The notes under the pieces are model-generated. The model did no database searches. It was not told the origin of the DNA and was given only the letters and a program-made list of their open reading frames with translations. From assembly GCA_030141605.1 (NCBI GenBank), contig JAQGDQ010002394.1, forward strand, positions 1-64,000: DNA of 64,000 bases, read 5' to 3'. This document shows, piece by piece, positions 50,423-61,147 of this stretch (position 1 is its first letter; every line of letters starts with the position of its first letter). Made by a program: the position numbers and the translations under genes. The DNA is from Tubiluchus corallicola. Its lineage: Eukaryota; Animalia; Priapulida.

Positions 50423-52291
50423 TTATTCAGGAGAAGTTGGAGGAGCTGGCTTTGTTATCCATTCTCCTTTATTTAAATCCCAAGTGAGCTCTATATCCCA
50501 ATTGGCTTTTACTTCTATTATTTCTGGATAGTATAATACTTTTTCTGGGTGTATTCCTTTTAGGTAGTCTCCTGTGTCCCATTTTCCGTTATTATTTTTA
50601 TCCAGTATCATCTTTATCTTATAACTAGCTGGATTAATATAATATAATTCTACTTCTTCGCCTGATTTAATAATTACTTCTTTTTCTACTTTCTCTTCTT
50701 TGTTTTCAGCTAATAATTGTATTATGGCTGTTTCTGTTAAGTTTTGTATATCTATAAATATAGCTCCGTATTCTTCTTCTGCCTTTATTGTAAATTCTTG
50801 AGTAGTACTGTCATTTGTATAATCATAAATGTCTATAAATGACAAAGAATCTAAGGTAAGCACATAAGTTTTTTCTGGCTCAAAATTATATTTTATGTAA
50901 TATTGCCTTATATAGTTAGAGTCTTGGAGTATTTCATATTCCAATGGTAGATTCAGGCTGTCTACTTTTTCATATAAGTATATATGTTTATTATTTTTTG
51001 TAATAATAGGAACATCAAAAGATAAAACAATATCTTGTTCTATATCAAAAGTACCTGATATATTTGTTTGAAATTGTGTTTTTGGTATTTTTACTATCTC
51101 TTCTACCTCTTCTTCTTTTTTTCTTTTTTTCTTTTTTTCTTTTATATTTTTTTCAAGTTCTTTTTCAAACTTATATCTTAATTGTATGGTATCTGTTTTT
51201 AATTCATAATTATAAAGAGAGTCTCTTATATGATACTTTATCTCAAAATTTAAAGTATCTTTTTTCCACACACTAGAATCTGTAATCCAATAAATTATTT
51301 CAGTATTTTCTGAATTTTTTTCTTTCATATACCAACTATCGTTTTTTTCTTTTACATTCAAAAGTTTCATTTGTAGTTCTTCTTTCAAAGGCTCATTAAA
51401 TATAAATTCACATTTGTTTTTTTCTTCTCTTTTCTTATCTATTATATATTGTTGTTCTTTGTTTTCTACAAACAAAAAAAGATTTAAATTATTAGGCATA
51501 AATTCCGTGTATTCTACATTCATGATAGTATCTATTTCTATTTCTCTAACGTTTATATCTATAAAAAAAGTATCATTTCTTGTTTTTTTTTCAAAAAAAG
51601 GAGTTATTAAAGTATCTGAAAATGCTATCGCTTCATCATATAAGTCAAATTTGTAATTTCTATTACCATCTCTCAAAGCGAATATTTTATATTTTCCTTC
51701 TCTTATACTTTTAATAGTAAAAAAACCTTCTTCATTTGTTTTGGCTATCTTAACAGGTAGTTTTAAATACGGTATAGAGTCTGCTATAGAATCATAAAGC
51801 ATTACTAATACTTCCTCTTCTGGTTCTAAGTTAAACGAATTTAATACTTTTCCACTTACCTGTAAAGAATCTATTTTATCACCTGTTGAAAGTATAAAAG
51901 TAAAATCTTCTAAAATATTTCCTTCATTGTTATCTGTAACAGCATTAGCAAAATCAAAGGAATAAGTTGTATTAGGCTGTAATTCACTTTCTCTCAAATC
52001 TATCGTTAGTTTTTCAAGTATTGCTTTTACTCCAGGTGATTTTTCTAGAGGAGGTGATACTACTAACTGAGTGTTAACATCTTTTAATACTATAAATTCG
52101 TCAAACTCTATCACTATCTTTTTACCACTAAAATTTAAACTTTTATATCCTGGATTGCTTTTTATCATTTTGGGAGGTATTATATCCTTTTTCCCACCTG
52201 GAGGACTTCCCGGATTGGCACAGTAATACAATATTCCTAAAAGAAAAATGCAACATATTATATTACGTATATTTTTTAAAAACAATATCAT
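50423..52291 (-). CDS. Ig-like (Big_5) domain lipoprotein
   Basis: YCANPGSPPGGKKDIIPP, FDEF, DNNEGN, DKNNNGKWDTGDY..PE. Confidence 0.85.
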   Translation of the reverse strand: MILFLKNIRNIICCIFLLGILYYCANPGSPPGGKKDIIPPKMIKSNPGYKSLNFSGKKIVIEFDEFIVLKDVNTQLVVSPPLEKSPGVKAILEKLTIDLRESELQPNTTYSFDFANAVTDNNEGNILEDFTFILSTGDKIDSLQVSGKVLNSFNLEPEEEVLVMLYDSIADSIPYLKLPVKIAKTNEEGFFTIKSIREGKYKIFALRDGNRNYKFDLYDEAIAFSDTLITPFFEKKTRNDTFFIDINVREIEIDTIMNVEYTEFMPNNLNLFLFVENKEQQYIIDKKREEKNKCEFIFNEPLKEELQMKLLNVKEKNDSWYMKEKNSENTEIIYWITDSSVWKKDTLNFEIKYHIRDSLYNYELKTDTIQLRYKFEKELEKNIKEKKKKRKKEEEVEEIVKIPKTQFQTNISGTFDIEQDIVLSFDVPIITKNNKHIYLYEKVDSLNLPLEYEILQDSNYIRQYYIKYNFEPEKTYVLTLDSLSFIDIYDYTNDSTTQEFTIKAEEEYGAIFIDIQNLTETAIIQLLAENKEEKVEKEVIIKSGEEVELYYINPASYKIKMILDKNNNGKWDTGDYLKGIHPEKVLYYPEIIEVKANWDIELTWDLNKGEWITKPAPPTSPE

Positions 52292-52300
52292 ATGAAATAA

Positions 52301-53293
52301 CTATCTTTTATATCTTTTATTATAAATAGGCAATAACATCATTGAAGTAAACCCTATTATTATAAGCATTATAGTCATAAAAGAGTGAGAAATAAAAGCA
52401 AAGGCCCTTGATACAATGTCTATGTTTTCCATATCCCTTAAATAAATAGTAAGCGTAGCTATTATCATGAAGTGCCACGCACCTATACCACCTTGGACAG
52501 GTGCTACCATACCAAAACTTGCCATTACAAAAGCTGTAAGACCTACTATAACATTTGTATCACGTAATTGATTAAAACCTAAAAAAATACAATAAAAAGA
52601 CATAAAATATAAAAGCCAAATAGATAAAGAATAAACAATGAATAAAAATTTATTTTTTACTTTTTTTATAGATTTTACTCCTTCTAAGAACCTTTTTACA
52701 ACTTCCTTTACCTTATCACCATATTTTGTTTTTAAAACTAATGAGAAGCCTAAAACAAGCATTAATAACAAAAGTAATATTACTACTCTATAATTGGATA
52801 TAATAGTTATTTTTTCTTCTATTTCGGGATTTTCATTCAAAAAATTAATAAAAAAATTCCACTGAGTAACTAAAATGCCTAAGGTAATTAATAATAAAAT
52901 GATTATATCTATTAGTCTTTCTAAAACTACCGTGCCTACAAGTTTAGTAAAAGATACTTCTTCATACCTATTCATTACTCCACATCTTGTTACCTCTCCC
53001 ATACGTGGTACTGCCAAATTAACAAAATATCCTACCATAATAGCAAAAAAGCTATTTATGTAATTAGCTTTTTTACCTAAAGGTTCTATTAGTTGTATCC
53101 AGCGCACTGCTCTTGCTATATGACTTAATATACCAATAATTACAGCTGCAAAAATCCATCTATATTGTATATCTTGCTCTATTACATCTGCTAATTCTTC
53201 TACACTTATATCCTTATATACCAACCAAAAAAGAAAAATACCTATTATTAGAAAAGTAGTTATTTTTACTATGTTTATTATTTTTTTTTTCAT
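52301..53293 (-). CDS. Lysylphosphatidylglycerol synthase TM / flippase-like domain protein
   Basis: RAVRW, NLAVPRMGEVTRC, GTVVLERLID, APVQGGIGAWH. Confidence 0.9.
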   Translation of the reverse strand: MKKKIINIVKITTFLIIGIFLFWLVYKDISVEELADVIEQDIQYRWIFAAVIIGILSHIARAVRWIQLIEPLGKKANYINSFFAIMVGYFVNLAVPRMGEVTRCGVMNRYEEVSFTKLVGTVVLERLIDIIILLLITLGILVTQWNFFINFLNENPEIEEKITIISNYRVVILLLLLMLVLGFSLVLKTKYGDKVKEVVKRFLEGVKSIKKVKNKFLFIVYSLSIWLLYFMSFYCIFLGFNQLRDTNVIVGLTAFVMASFGMVAPVQGGIGAWHFMIIATLTIYLRDMENIDIVSRAFAFISHSFMTIMLIIIGFTSMMLLPIYNKRYKR

Positions 53294-53299
53294 AAAAAA

Positions 53300-54325
53300 T
53301 TAGAATAGTATATCTGAATTGTTATGTCTCATTTTGCCTAAATGCTCATATGCTTTATTAGTAACTTCTCTTCCTCTTTGCGTTCTCTTTAAAAAACCTT
53401 CCTTAATTAAAAAAGGCTCATATACTTCTTCTACAGTACCTGTATCCTCCGAAACAGCAGTAGATATAGTAGACAATCCCACAGGTCCTCCATTAAATTT
53501 ATTTATTACTGTTGTTAATATTTTGTTATCCATTTGATCTAAACCATACTTATCTATATTTAAAGCCTCAAGAGAATACTTTGTTATCTCTAAATCTATT
53601 TTTCCATTACCTTTTACTTGTGCATAGTCTCTTACTCTTCGTAAAAGTGCATTTGCTATCCTTGGTGTTCCTCTACTTCTAGAAGCTATTTCATAAGCAG
53701 CGTTGTCTGATATTTCTATATTCAATATTTTAGAAGATCTATTCACTATATCTTTCATAGTTTTTACATCATAATATTCTAAATGAAAATTAATACCAAA
53801 TCTTGCTCTTAGTGGACTTGTGAGTAAACCTGCTCTTGTGGTAGCACCTATAAGCGTAAAAGCACTCAATTCCAATTGAACTGACCTTGCACTTGGTCCT
53901 TTATCTATCAGTAAATCTATTCTATAATCCTCCATTGCAGAATAAAGATACTCTTCTACCAAAGGGCTTAATCTATGTATCTCATCTATAAACAACACAT
54001 CTTTATCCTCTAAACTAGTAAGAATACCTGCTAAGTCTCCTGGCTTATCTAAAACAGGTCCAGAAGTCACTTTTATATTCACTCCTAATTCGTTTGCTAC
54101 AACATTTGCTAATGTAGTTTTTCCTAGACCAGGAGGCCCGTGTAATAATAGGTGATCTAAAGCTTCTTTTCTTATTTTAGTAGCTTCTACAAATATTTCT
54201 AAATTTTCTAAAATCTTATATTGACCGTTAAAATCATAAAATTTTAATGGTCTTATTTTTTTATCATATTCTTTGTCTTTTAAAGAAAGAGTATTATTTC
54301 TAATATTAAAATTGTTAGATTGCAT
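53300..54325 (-). CDS. ruvB: Holliday junction helicase RuvB
   Basis: GPPGLGKTT, FIDEIHRL, GATTRAG, RGTPRIANALLRR. Confidence 0.98.
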   Translation of the reverse strand: MQSNNFNIRNNTLSLKDKEYDKKIRPLKFYDFNGQYKILENLEIFVEATKIRKEALDHLLLHGPPGLGKTTLANVVANELGVNIKVTSGPVLDKPGDLAGILTSLEDKDVLFIDEIHRLSPLVEEYLYSAMEDYRIDLLIDKGPSARSVQLELSAFTLIGATTRAGLLTSPLRARFGINFHLEYYDVKTMKDIVNRSSKILNIEISDNAAYEIASRSRGTPRIANALLRRVRDYAQVKGNGKIDLEITKYSLEALNIDKYGLDQMDNKILTTVINKFNGGPVGLSTISTAVSEDTGTVEEVYEPFLIKEGFLKRTQRGREVTNKAYEHLGKMRHNNSDILF

Positions 54326-54734
54326 ACAATTAAAGAAAATGTGTGTTATAAACGTGTAATATTATATATTAATTTATAATTTAATAATATATAATGATTA
54401 TTATATATTGTTTACATTATTTACAAATTATTTTAAATTTGCTTTTATTTTTAAAATATTTAGTTTATCAATAAGTAATTAACAATGTTTTGCTTTGTAA
54501 ATTATTTATTTTAAGCAAAAATAAACAATTGTTGAAAACAATAATTATTAATATTTTTTTATATAACATTTGTTTATAAGTAAGTATATATATGTTAAAT
54601 AATATATTATTTAACATAAAAAATAAATTTTGCATTATTGTTTTTTTTTGTAAGAGGAAATAATTATATAACAAATCAAATATTTTTTAAAAATAAATAG
54701 TTAAATTATTAACACTTTATAAATTTTTTTATTT
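54326..54734. other. Candidate replication origin (oriC)
   Basis: Extremely AT-rich divergent intergenic region with paired DnaA-box-like 9-mers and a near-pure AT tract at 54361-54420. Confidence 0.5.
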
Positions 54735-55178
54735 ATGAAAGTTGTATCTATTGCTCTTTCATCTGATCATGCAGGATATGAAGTAAAAGAATACGTAAAA
54801 AATCATATTGTATTACGGAACACCAAAGTAAAAGATTTTGGTGTTTTTTCTTCTAATACACCCTGTGATTATCCAGATTATGCACATAAATTGGCAAAAG
54901 TTATAGAGAGTGAAGAATATCAATTTGGGATAATTTTTTGTGGAAGTGGAAATGGGGTTAATATGACGGTAAATAAGTATAAAAGAGTAAGAGCTGCTTT
55001 ATGTTGGAGTGTGAAAATAGCAGAACTAGCACGCCGACACAATAATGCTAATGTATGTTCTATACCAGCAAGATTTGTGAGTGAAAAAGAAGCATTGGAA
55101 ATAGTAAAAAAGTTTTTGAAAGAAGACTTTGAAGGCGGAAGACATATAAAAAGAGTAGAAAAAATAGCTATAAAGTAA
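54735..55178 (+). CDS. rpiB: Ribose-5-phosphate isomerase B
   Basis: SDHAG, DYPD, CGSGNG, ARRHNNAN, FEGGRH..RV. Confidence 0.97.
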   Translation: MKVVSIALSSDHAGYEVKEYVKNHIVLRNTKVKDFGVFSSNTPCDYPDYAHKLAKVIESEEYQFGIIFCGSGNGVNMTVNKYKRVRAALCWSVKIAELARRHNNANVCSIPARFVSEKEALEIVKKFLKEDFEGGRHIKRVEKIAIK

Positions 55179-55247
55179 ATTATAATGAACAAAATTATAT
55201 TTTTTTAAGTACTATTTAAAATATGATTATCCATAATTTAATTAAAA

Positions 55248-56636
55248 ATGACTACTAAAAGTAAATACAATAAATTTATTTTTGACTCAAACAAAATTGC
55301 ATTTGATATTAAGCATAGAAAAATATTAAAATTTAATATGTCTAAATACAATAATGCGGTAGAAAAAGGTAGAAAGTTTTATAAAAATATTCAAATAGGA
55401 AAAGATAGAGCTTCATATATAAGAAATAAAGCTATAAATAAATTAGATGAATGTTTATTATTGTTTGAAAAAAATTTTACAAGAAATGGAGGAAAAATTC
55501 TTTGGGCAGATGATGGTTATCAAGCAGTAAAGCACGTAAAAGACATTATAAAAGACAATAAGGTAAAGCAAGTGCTTAAAAGTAAATCTATGATTTCTGA
55601 AGAAATTGAACTTAATGAAAGACTAAAAGAATCAGGAATAGAAGTTACAGAAACAGACTTGGGTGAATTTATAGTGCAGGTTGCCGATGAAAAACCTTAT
55701 CATATAGTAACTCCTGCAATGCATAAGTCAAAGGAAGATATAAAAGAATTGTTTAAAAAGAAATTTAATATACCAGAAGACTCTACGCCTGAAGATATAA
55801 CTAAGTTTGTGAGAAAAAAACTACGAAAACAATTTGAAAAAAACACAGTATCTATCACAGGAGGTAATTTTCTTGTATCTGATGTAGGAGCTGTATCTAT
55901 TACTGAAAACGAAGGAAATGCTCTGTTAGCTAACTCTCTTTCAAAAATACATATAGCTATAGTAGGTATAGAAAAAGCAATATCTTCTATCAAAGATTTA
56001 TCCACTTTATTGCCCATTTTGGCAGCACACGGTACAGGACAAAATATTACAGTATACAATAGTCTTTTCTTTGGTCCCAAAAGAAAAAAAGAAACAGATG
56101 GTGTAGAAAAAATGTATGTTATACTTTTAGACAATGGAAGAACCAATATATATAATGACATAGAACTTAAAGAATCTCTTGCTTGTATTCGATGCGGAGC
56201 TTGTCTTAATGCTTGTCCTGTTTATGAGAATGTGGGAGGACATACTTATAATACAGTCTACACAGGCCCCATAGGTTCAATTATTACCCCATATCTCAAA
56301 AATATGGAGGATTACAACCATTTAAATTATGCTTGTTCACTATGTGGAAAGTGCACAGAAAAATGTCCTGTACAAATAAACCTACACAAACTACTACTTG
56401 TAAATAGAAGAAAGACAGTAGAACAGGAACTATACTCTAAAAACTGGGGAAAGGGAATAAAACTATTTAAAAGCCTGCTTACAAAAAAATATTTGATAAA
56501 TATTATACCTATAACATTAAGAAATTTCTTATTTCAACTATTTTTTAAAAAGTACTGGGGAAATAAAAGAAATCTACCTGAAATAAAAAAATCTTTCAAA
56601 GCACGTTATAAAAAACACAGGAGTATAAAAACCTAG
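55248..56636 (+). CDS. lutB: LutB/LldF-like LUD + 4Fe-4S protein
   Basis: KSKSM, ETDLGEFI, HIVTPAMH, ENEGN, CIRCGACLNACP, CSLCGKC..CP. Confidence 0.88.
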   Translation: MTTKSKYNKFIFDSNKIAFDIKHRKILKFNMSKYNNAVEKGRKFYKNIQIGKDRASYIRNKAINKLDECLLLFEKNFTRNGGKILWADDGYQAVKHVKDIIKDNKVKQVLKSKSMISEEIELNERLKESGIEVTETDLGEFIVQVADEKPYHIVTPAMHKSKEDIKELFKKKFNIPEDSTPEDITKFVRKKLRKQFEKNTVSITGGNFLVSDVGAVSITENEGNALLANSLSKIHIAIVGIEKAISSIKDLSTLLPILAAHGTGQNITVYNSLFFGPKRKKETDGVEKMYVILLDNGRTNIYNDIELKESLACIRCGACLNACPVYENVGGHTYNTVYTGPIGSIITPYLKNMEDYNHLNYACSLCGKCTEKCPVQINLHKLLLVNRRKTVEQELYSKNWGKGIKLFKSLLTKKYLINIIPITLRNFLFQLFFKKYWGNKRNLPEIKKSFKARYKKHRSIKT

Positions 56637-56706
56637 AATAACACAAAAAGCTGCCATACCTTTTTAATAAACAATAAACCCACAAAAGCATTTAAAAATT
56701 TAACTA

Positions 56707-57828
56707 ATGTTATTTGCCTCACTTGTAGTTCTTATAGGTATAGCTTATACAATTATTATAGTTTTACTTATTATAGGCTGGCAAAAGCTGACTCCTATTT
56801 CAAGTATTTCTCCACAAAAGCACATTAAAATATCAGTAATAATAGCCACAAGGAATGAAGAGAAGAACATATTAAACCTGTTGAATGATTTACAACTACA
56901 AACTTATCCCAATAGTTGTTACGAAATAATCATCACTGACGATCATTCTACCGACAATACTTATAATAAAATATACACACACAAAAAAAAATATAAAAAT
57001 GTTACCCTATTAAAACTTTCACAGAGTCAGAAAGGCAAAAAAGAAGCCATTATAAATGGAATTCAGTATGCAAAAAATGAACTTATTGTTACCACAGATG
57101 CTGACTGTAGAGTAGGAAAATTTTGGTTACAAAATTTTTGCAGCATATATTCAGAAAAAAAACCTTCGGTGATAGTAGCACCTATTTATTTGGTTGGGGG
57201 TAACTTCTTGAGCTGGTTTCAGACGATAGAATTTGCAGGCATATTAGTTTCCACCGGTGGAGCAATAGGCTTAGGGCGACCTATAACGTGTAATGCGGCT
57301 AATTTAGGTTTTAAGCGAGAAACCTTTATAAAGTTGAATAATCCATTAAAAAAAGAAATACAGTCAGGCGACGATATTTTTCTTTTGCATAGTGTAAAAG
57401 AAAAAAACAGAAAAAAAATCACTTTTTTAAAGTCTACTACTGCTATTGTGCAAACACAAGCTTGTAGTAACTTGAAAACATTCCTTCACCAACGAGTAAG
57501 GTGGGCATCTAAAGTAAAATTTTACCAAGACAAAGATAGCTTATTAGTAGGGAGTGTAGTAAGTGTGATGAATTTAAAATTAATGTTTTTACTTGTACTG
57601 TCTATTTTCTTCCCTATTTGTTTGAGCTACTTTGGTTTATTATTTGCCATAAAATGCATAATAGATTTTATGCTATTGTGGAGTGGAATAAAGTTTTTAC
57701 AGATTAATAAACGATTATTGCTTTTTTTCCCTGTATTTCAGTTTATATATGTTTTTTATGTTTGTTTGATTTTGTTTTTAAATAGCTTTAATACTTATCA
57801 TTGGCGAGGAAGAATAGTAAAAGTTTAA
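56707..57828 (+). CDS. Glycosyltransferase family 2, membrane-bound
   Basis: RNEE, DDHSTD, TTDADC, SGDD, QRVRW. Confidence 0.92.
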   Translation: MLFASLVVLIGIAYTIIIVLLIIGWQKLTPISSISPQKHIKISVIIATRNEEKNILNLLNDLQLQTYPNSCYEIIITDDHSTDNTYNKIYTHKKKYKNVTLLKLSQSQKGKKEAIINGIQYAKNELIVTTDADCRVGKFWLQNFCSIYSEKKPSVIVAPIYLVGGNFLSWFQTIEFAGILVSTGGAIGLGRPITCNAANLGFKRETFIKLNNPLKKEIQSGDDIFLLHSVKEKNRKKITFLKSTTAIVQTQACSNLKTFLHQRVRWASKVKFYQDKDSLLVGSVVSVMNLKLMFLLVLSIFFPICLSYFGLLFAIKCIIDFMLLWSGIKFLQINKRLLLFFPVFQFIYVFYVCLILFLNSFNTYHWRGRIVKV

Positions 57829-57893
57829 GTATTAAGCGAGGTTTCAAAAGGTGTAACTAAGTGCTGTTTTTTTTATAGTTTTATGCTTAATCA

Positions 57894-58775
57894 TTAGGTT
57901 AAGTCTAAAACCTCTACACTTCGGTCTATTTTTTTTATAAGTCCTTGTAAAACTTTGCCAGGCCCCAATTCTGCAAACGATAAGCAACCATCTGCCACCA
58001 TGTTTTGGACTGTTTGTGTCCACAGTACAGCTCCAGTCAACTGTAAAATCAAATTCTTTTTAATTTCCGTAGGATTAGAGCTTGGCTTGCTATTTACATT
58101 TTGATATACAGGGCAATTTGGTACTTGAAACTCTGTATTGTTAATAGCTGCTTCTAACTCTATTTTTGCTGGTTCCATTAGTGGAGAGTGAAATGCTCCT
58201 CCTACAGGCAGTTTCACCATCTTTTTTGCACCTGCTTTTTGCAATTTTTCCATTGCTATATCTATACCCTTTATAGAACCAGATATAACTATCTGTCCAG
58301 GGCAATTAAAGTTAGCAGGCACAACAACCTCCTCTGAAATTTCCTTACATATTTCCGCTACTTTATCATCCTCCATTCCTATAATTGCTGCCATTGTAGA
58401 GGGAGTTTTTTCGCATGCTTTTTGCATCGCTAAGGCACGAGCTGATACTAACTTTAAACCGTCTTTAAACGAAAGTGTTCCATTAACTACCAAGGCTGAA
58501 AACTCTCCCAACGAATGTCCTGCTACCATATCAGGCTTTACATCAGTATTTAGTGCCTTTGCGGTAATTACAGAGTGAAGAAACACAGCAGGTTGCGTTA
58601 CTTTTGTTTGTTTCAGATCATCCGCAGAACCGTTGAACATTATATCTGTGATATTGAAACCTAAAATATCATTTGCTTGCTCAAATAGACTCTTTGATTT
58701 AGGATCGTTGTTATACAAATCCTTACCCATACCTGAAAACTGACTACCTTGTCCTGGAAACACAAATGCTTTCAT
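57894..58775 (-). CDS. fabD: Malonyl-CoA:ACP transacylase
   Basis: FPGQGSQ, TQPA, GHSLGE, AFHS, ELGPGKVL. Confidence 0.97.
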   Translation of the reverse strand: MKAFVFPGQGSQFSGMGKDLYNNDPKSKSLFEQANDILGFNITDIMFNGSADDLKQTKVTQPAVFLHSVITAKALNTDVKPDMVAGHSLGEFSALVVNGTLSFKDGLKLVSARALAMQKACEKTPSTMAAIIGMEDDKVAEICKEISEEVVVPANFNCPGQIVISGSIKGIDIAMEKLQKAGAKKMVKLPVGGAFHSPLMEPAKIELEAAINNTEFQVPNCPVYQNVNSKPSSNPTEIKKNLILQLTGAVLWTQTVQNMVADGCLSFAELGPGKVLQGLIKKIDRSVEVLDLT

Positions 58776-58840
58776 AACCTTATATTTTATTTTAAACGAA
58801 AGTTTAAAGAAACAACAACTTTGCTTACAATGAACTACTC

Positions 58841-59335
58841 CTAGTTAAGTTTAACATTATTCAGCAGATTGTTTATCAACTTTTTTTGCTTATCATTATC
58901 AGATAGGTTCTCTTGTAATATTTTTTCTGCAACATCTATTGACAAACTGGCTATTTCTTTCTTTATATCTTCTATGGCAGCAGTTTTTTCTGCTTCAATT
59001 TCTCTTTTGGCTTTGTCTATTATTTTGTTGCTTTCTGTGGTAGCTGCTTTTTTAGCTTCTGCTATTATGTTGTCTTTAGTTTCTTTGGCTTTATCTAATA
59101 TATTTTTGCTTTCTAGTTGAGCTTCTTTTATTATTTCTTGATTTTTAGCTGTAAGCTGCTCCATTTCTTTTTTTGCACTATCAGCTGATTGCAAAGCTTC
59201 AGAAATGGAATTTTCCCGGTCTTTAAGTGCAGAAAGTATAGGCTTCCAAGCAAATTTTTTAAGGATAAAAAATACTATGGACACAGATAACAACATCCAA
59301 AACATTAAGCCTATGTCTGGTGTAATAAGACTCAT
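58841..59335 (-). CDS. atpF: ATP synthase F0 subunit b
   Basis: TPDIGLMFW TM, KFAWKPI..RE, coiled coil, AEKIL. Confidence 0.95.
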   Translation of the reverse strand: MSLITPDIGLMFWMLLSVSIVFFILKKFAWKPILSALKDRENSISEALQSADSAKKEMEQLTAKNQEIIKEAQLESKNILDKAKETKDNIIAEAKKAATTESNKIIDKAKREIEAEKTAAIEDIKKEIASLSIDVAEKILQENLSDNDKQKKLINNLLNNVKLN

Positions 59336-59367
59336 AATTTGTAATTTTTAACAAAAAAACAAAACAC

Positions 59368-59397
59368 CCTCTTGCGTGTGGCAACAAACAAGAGAGG
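59368..59397 (-). terminator. Hairpin plus U tract between atpE and atpF
   Basis: Minus strand CCTCTCTTG...CAAGAGG followed by GTGTTTTGTTTTTTT. Confidence 0.55.
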
Positions 59398-59415
59398 CTC
59401 TGTCAGTAAAACAGT

Positions 59416-59691
<276 letters not shown>

Positions 59692-59711
59692 TTAAAGTTA
59701 TTAATTTAATA

Positions 59712-60764
59712 CTAATGGTGTTCTTCTGTTGCCATACCAAAATATATGGCAGATAGAAGAGTAAATACATATGCTTGTATAACTGCTACCAGCAATTCTA
59801 AACATAGCATAAATATCGAAAATATAAGTGATATGGGTGCTACCGAATAACCTGCTGTTGAGCTCAGTTGTCCGAAAATAAATATAAGACTTATGAATAC
59901 TAATATAACCATATGCCCAGCAGTGATGTTTGCAAAGAGACGAATCATCAAAACTATGGGCTTGGTCAACATTCCTACAACCTCTATTAATGGGATGAGT
60001 GGCAATGGGTATTTGAGCCACCAAGGTACGCCAGCAGGATTAAAAATGTGTTGCCAGTAGTTTTTATTGCCATTGATTGTTGTTATTATAAATGTGAATA
60101 GAGCTAACACTAGAGTTACTGCTATGTTGCCTGTAAGGTTTGCTCCAAATGGAGGAAAGGGTACTAACCCCATCAAATTGTTTATCCAAATAAAGAAAAA
60201 TATGCTTAACAAAAAAGGCATAAATTTTTCAAACTTTTTTGCTCCTATGGCAGGTTTGGCTATATTATCTCTTACGAAGATGATAATAGGCTCAAGCAAT
60301 GACTGCAACCCCCTTGGGGCTTTTAACCCTCTTTTTTTGTAGGCTCTTGCTATGCTGAAGAATATAAACATTATAAGTATAAGACTAACGAAAAGTGCGG
60401 CTACGTTTTTAGTAATAGATAAATCTAAAGGCTTAACCATTGTTCCGTCTGGTAGCTTTTCAACTATTTTCCCTTTATTATCTCCTTCGTGTACGATTTC
60501 AAAGTTTTTATAAGAATGTCCGTGAGCAAGTTTGCTGGACATAAAAACATTCAGTCCTTGGTGCTTACTATATAATACTACGGGTAAAGGTATACTGATG
60601 TGTTTTCCTTGCCAAGTAACGATATGCCACTCGTGTTCGTCACCTATATGGTCTAGTACAAAGGCGGCAGGATTGAACTTTTCATTTCCTTTTTCAGCAG
60701 CACTAAGAGGTGCTGTTATAACAAGAAATAAAAATATGTAAAAAAATGTATGTTTAAGCATCAT
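59712..60764 (-). CDS. atpB: ATP synthase F0 subunit a
   Basis: HIGDEHEWH, ITKNV, RLFANITAGH, QAYVFTLL. Confidence 0.97.
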   Translation of the reverse strand: MMLKHTFFYIFLFLVITAPLSAAEKGNEKFNPAAFVLDHIGDEHEWHIVTWQGKHISIPLPVVLYSKHQGLNVFMSSKLAHGHSYKNFEIVHEGDNKGKIVEKLPDGTMVKPLDLSITKNVAALFVSLILIMFIFFSIARAYKKRGLKAPRGLQSLLEPIIIFVRDNIAKPAIGAKKFEKFMPFLLSIFFFIWINNLMGLVPFPPFGANLTGNIAVTLVLALFTFIITTINGNKNYWQHIFNPAGVPWWLKYPLPLIPLIEVVGMLTKPIVLMIRLFANITAGHMVILVFISLIFIFGQLSSTAGYSVAPISLIFSIFMLCLELLVAVIQAYVFTLLSAIYFGMATEEHH

Positions 60765-61147
60765 AACTTTAAACGAGTATTCTTTTTCATAATTTTAAGC
60801 AAAGATATTATTTCAAAAGATGTGAACAAAATATAAAGCAATAAAAAAGTAATTGAAAATAAGATTTTTTGTTCTTTGTTGAAATAAATGTATGTAATAA
60901 AAACAGTTATATATAGCAATAGTTTTACAATAGTAACTATCATAAACCTTCGTATAAAAACAGCAGCTTTTTTGTGAAGAGCCGTGGTCAAGAAAAAATG
61001 GGATAAAATGGTTACAATACCTAAGAATATAGGCAGATAAAAATAAATAGGAACATAGTATTGAGTAAATATGACTTTGAATAAAACTATTTCTAAAATA
61101 AAGATACTTGCAGTGAAGATGAAAATATTGATTAAGAACTTTCCCAT
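60761..61147 (-). CDS. Four-TM membrane protein of the atp operon (AtpI-like)
   Basis: Hydrophobic, FM..TIVKLL motif, overlaps the atpB start. Confidence 0.75.
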   Translation of the reverse strand: MGKFLINIFIFTASIFILEIVLFKVIFTQYYVPIYFYLPIFLGIVTILSHFFLTTALHKKAAVFIRRFMIVTIVKLLLYITVFITYIYFNKEQKILFSITFLLLYILFTSFEIISLLKIMKKNTRLKL

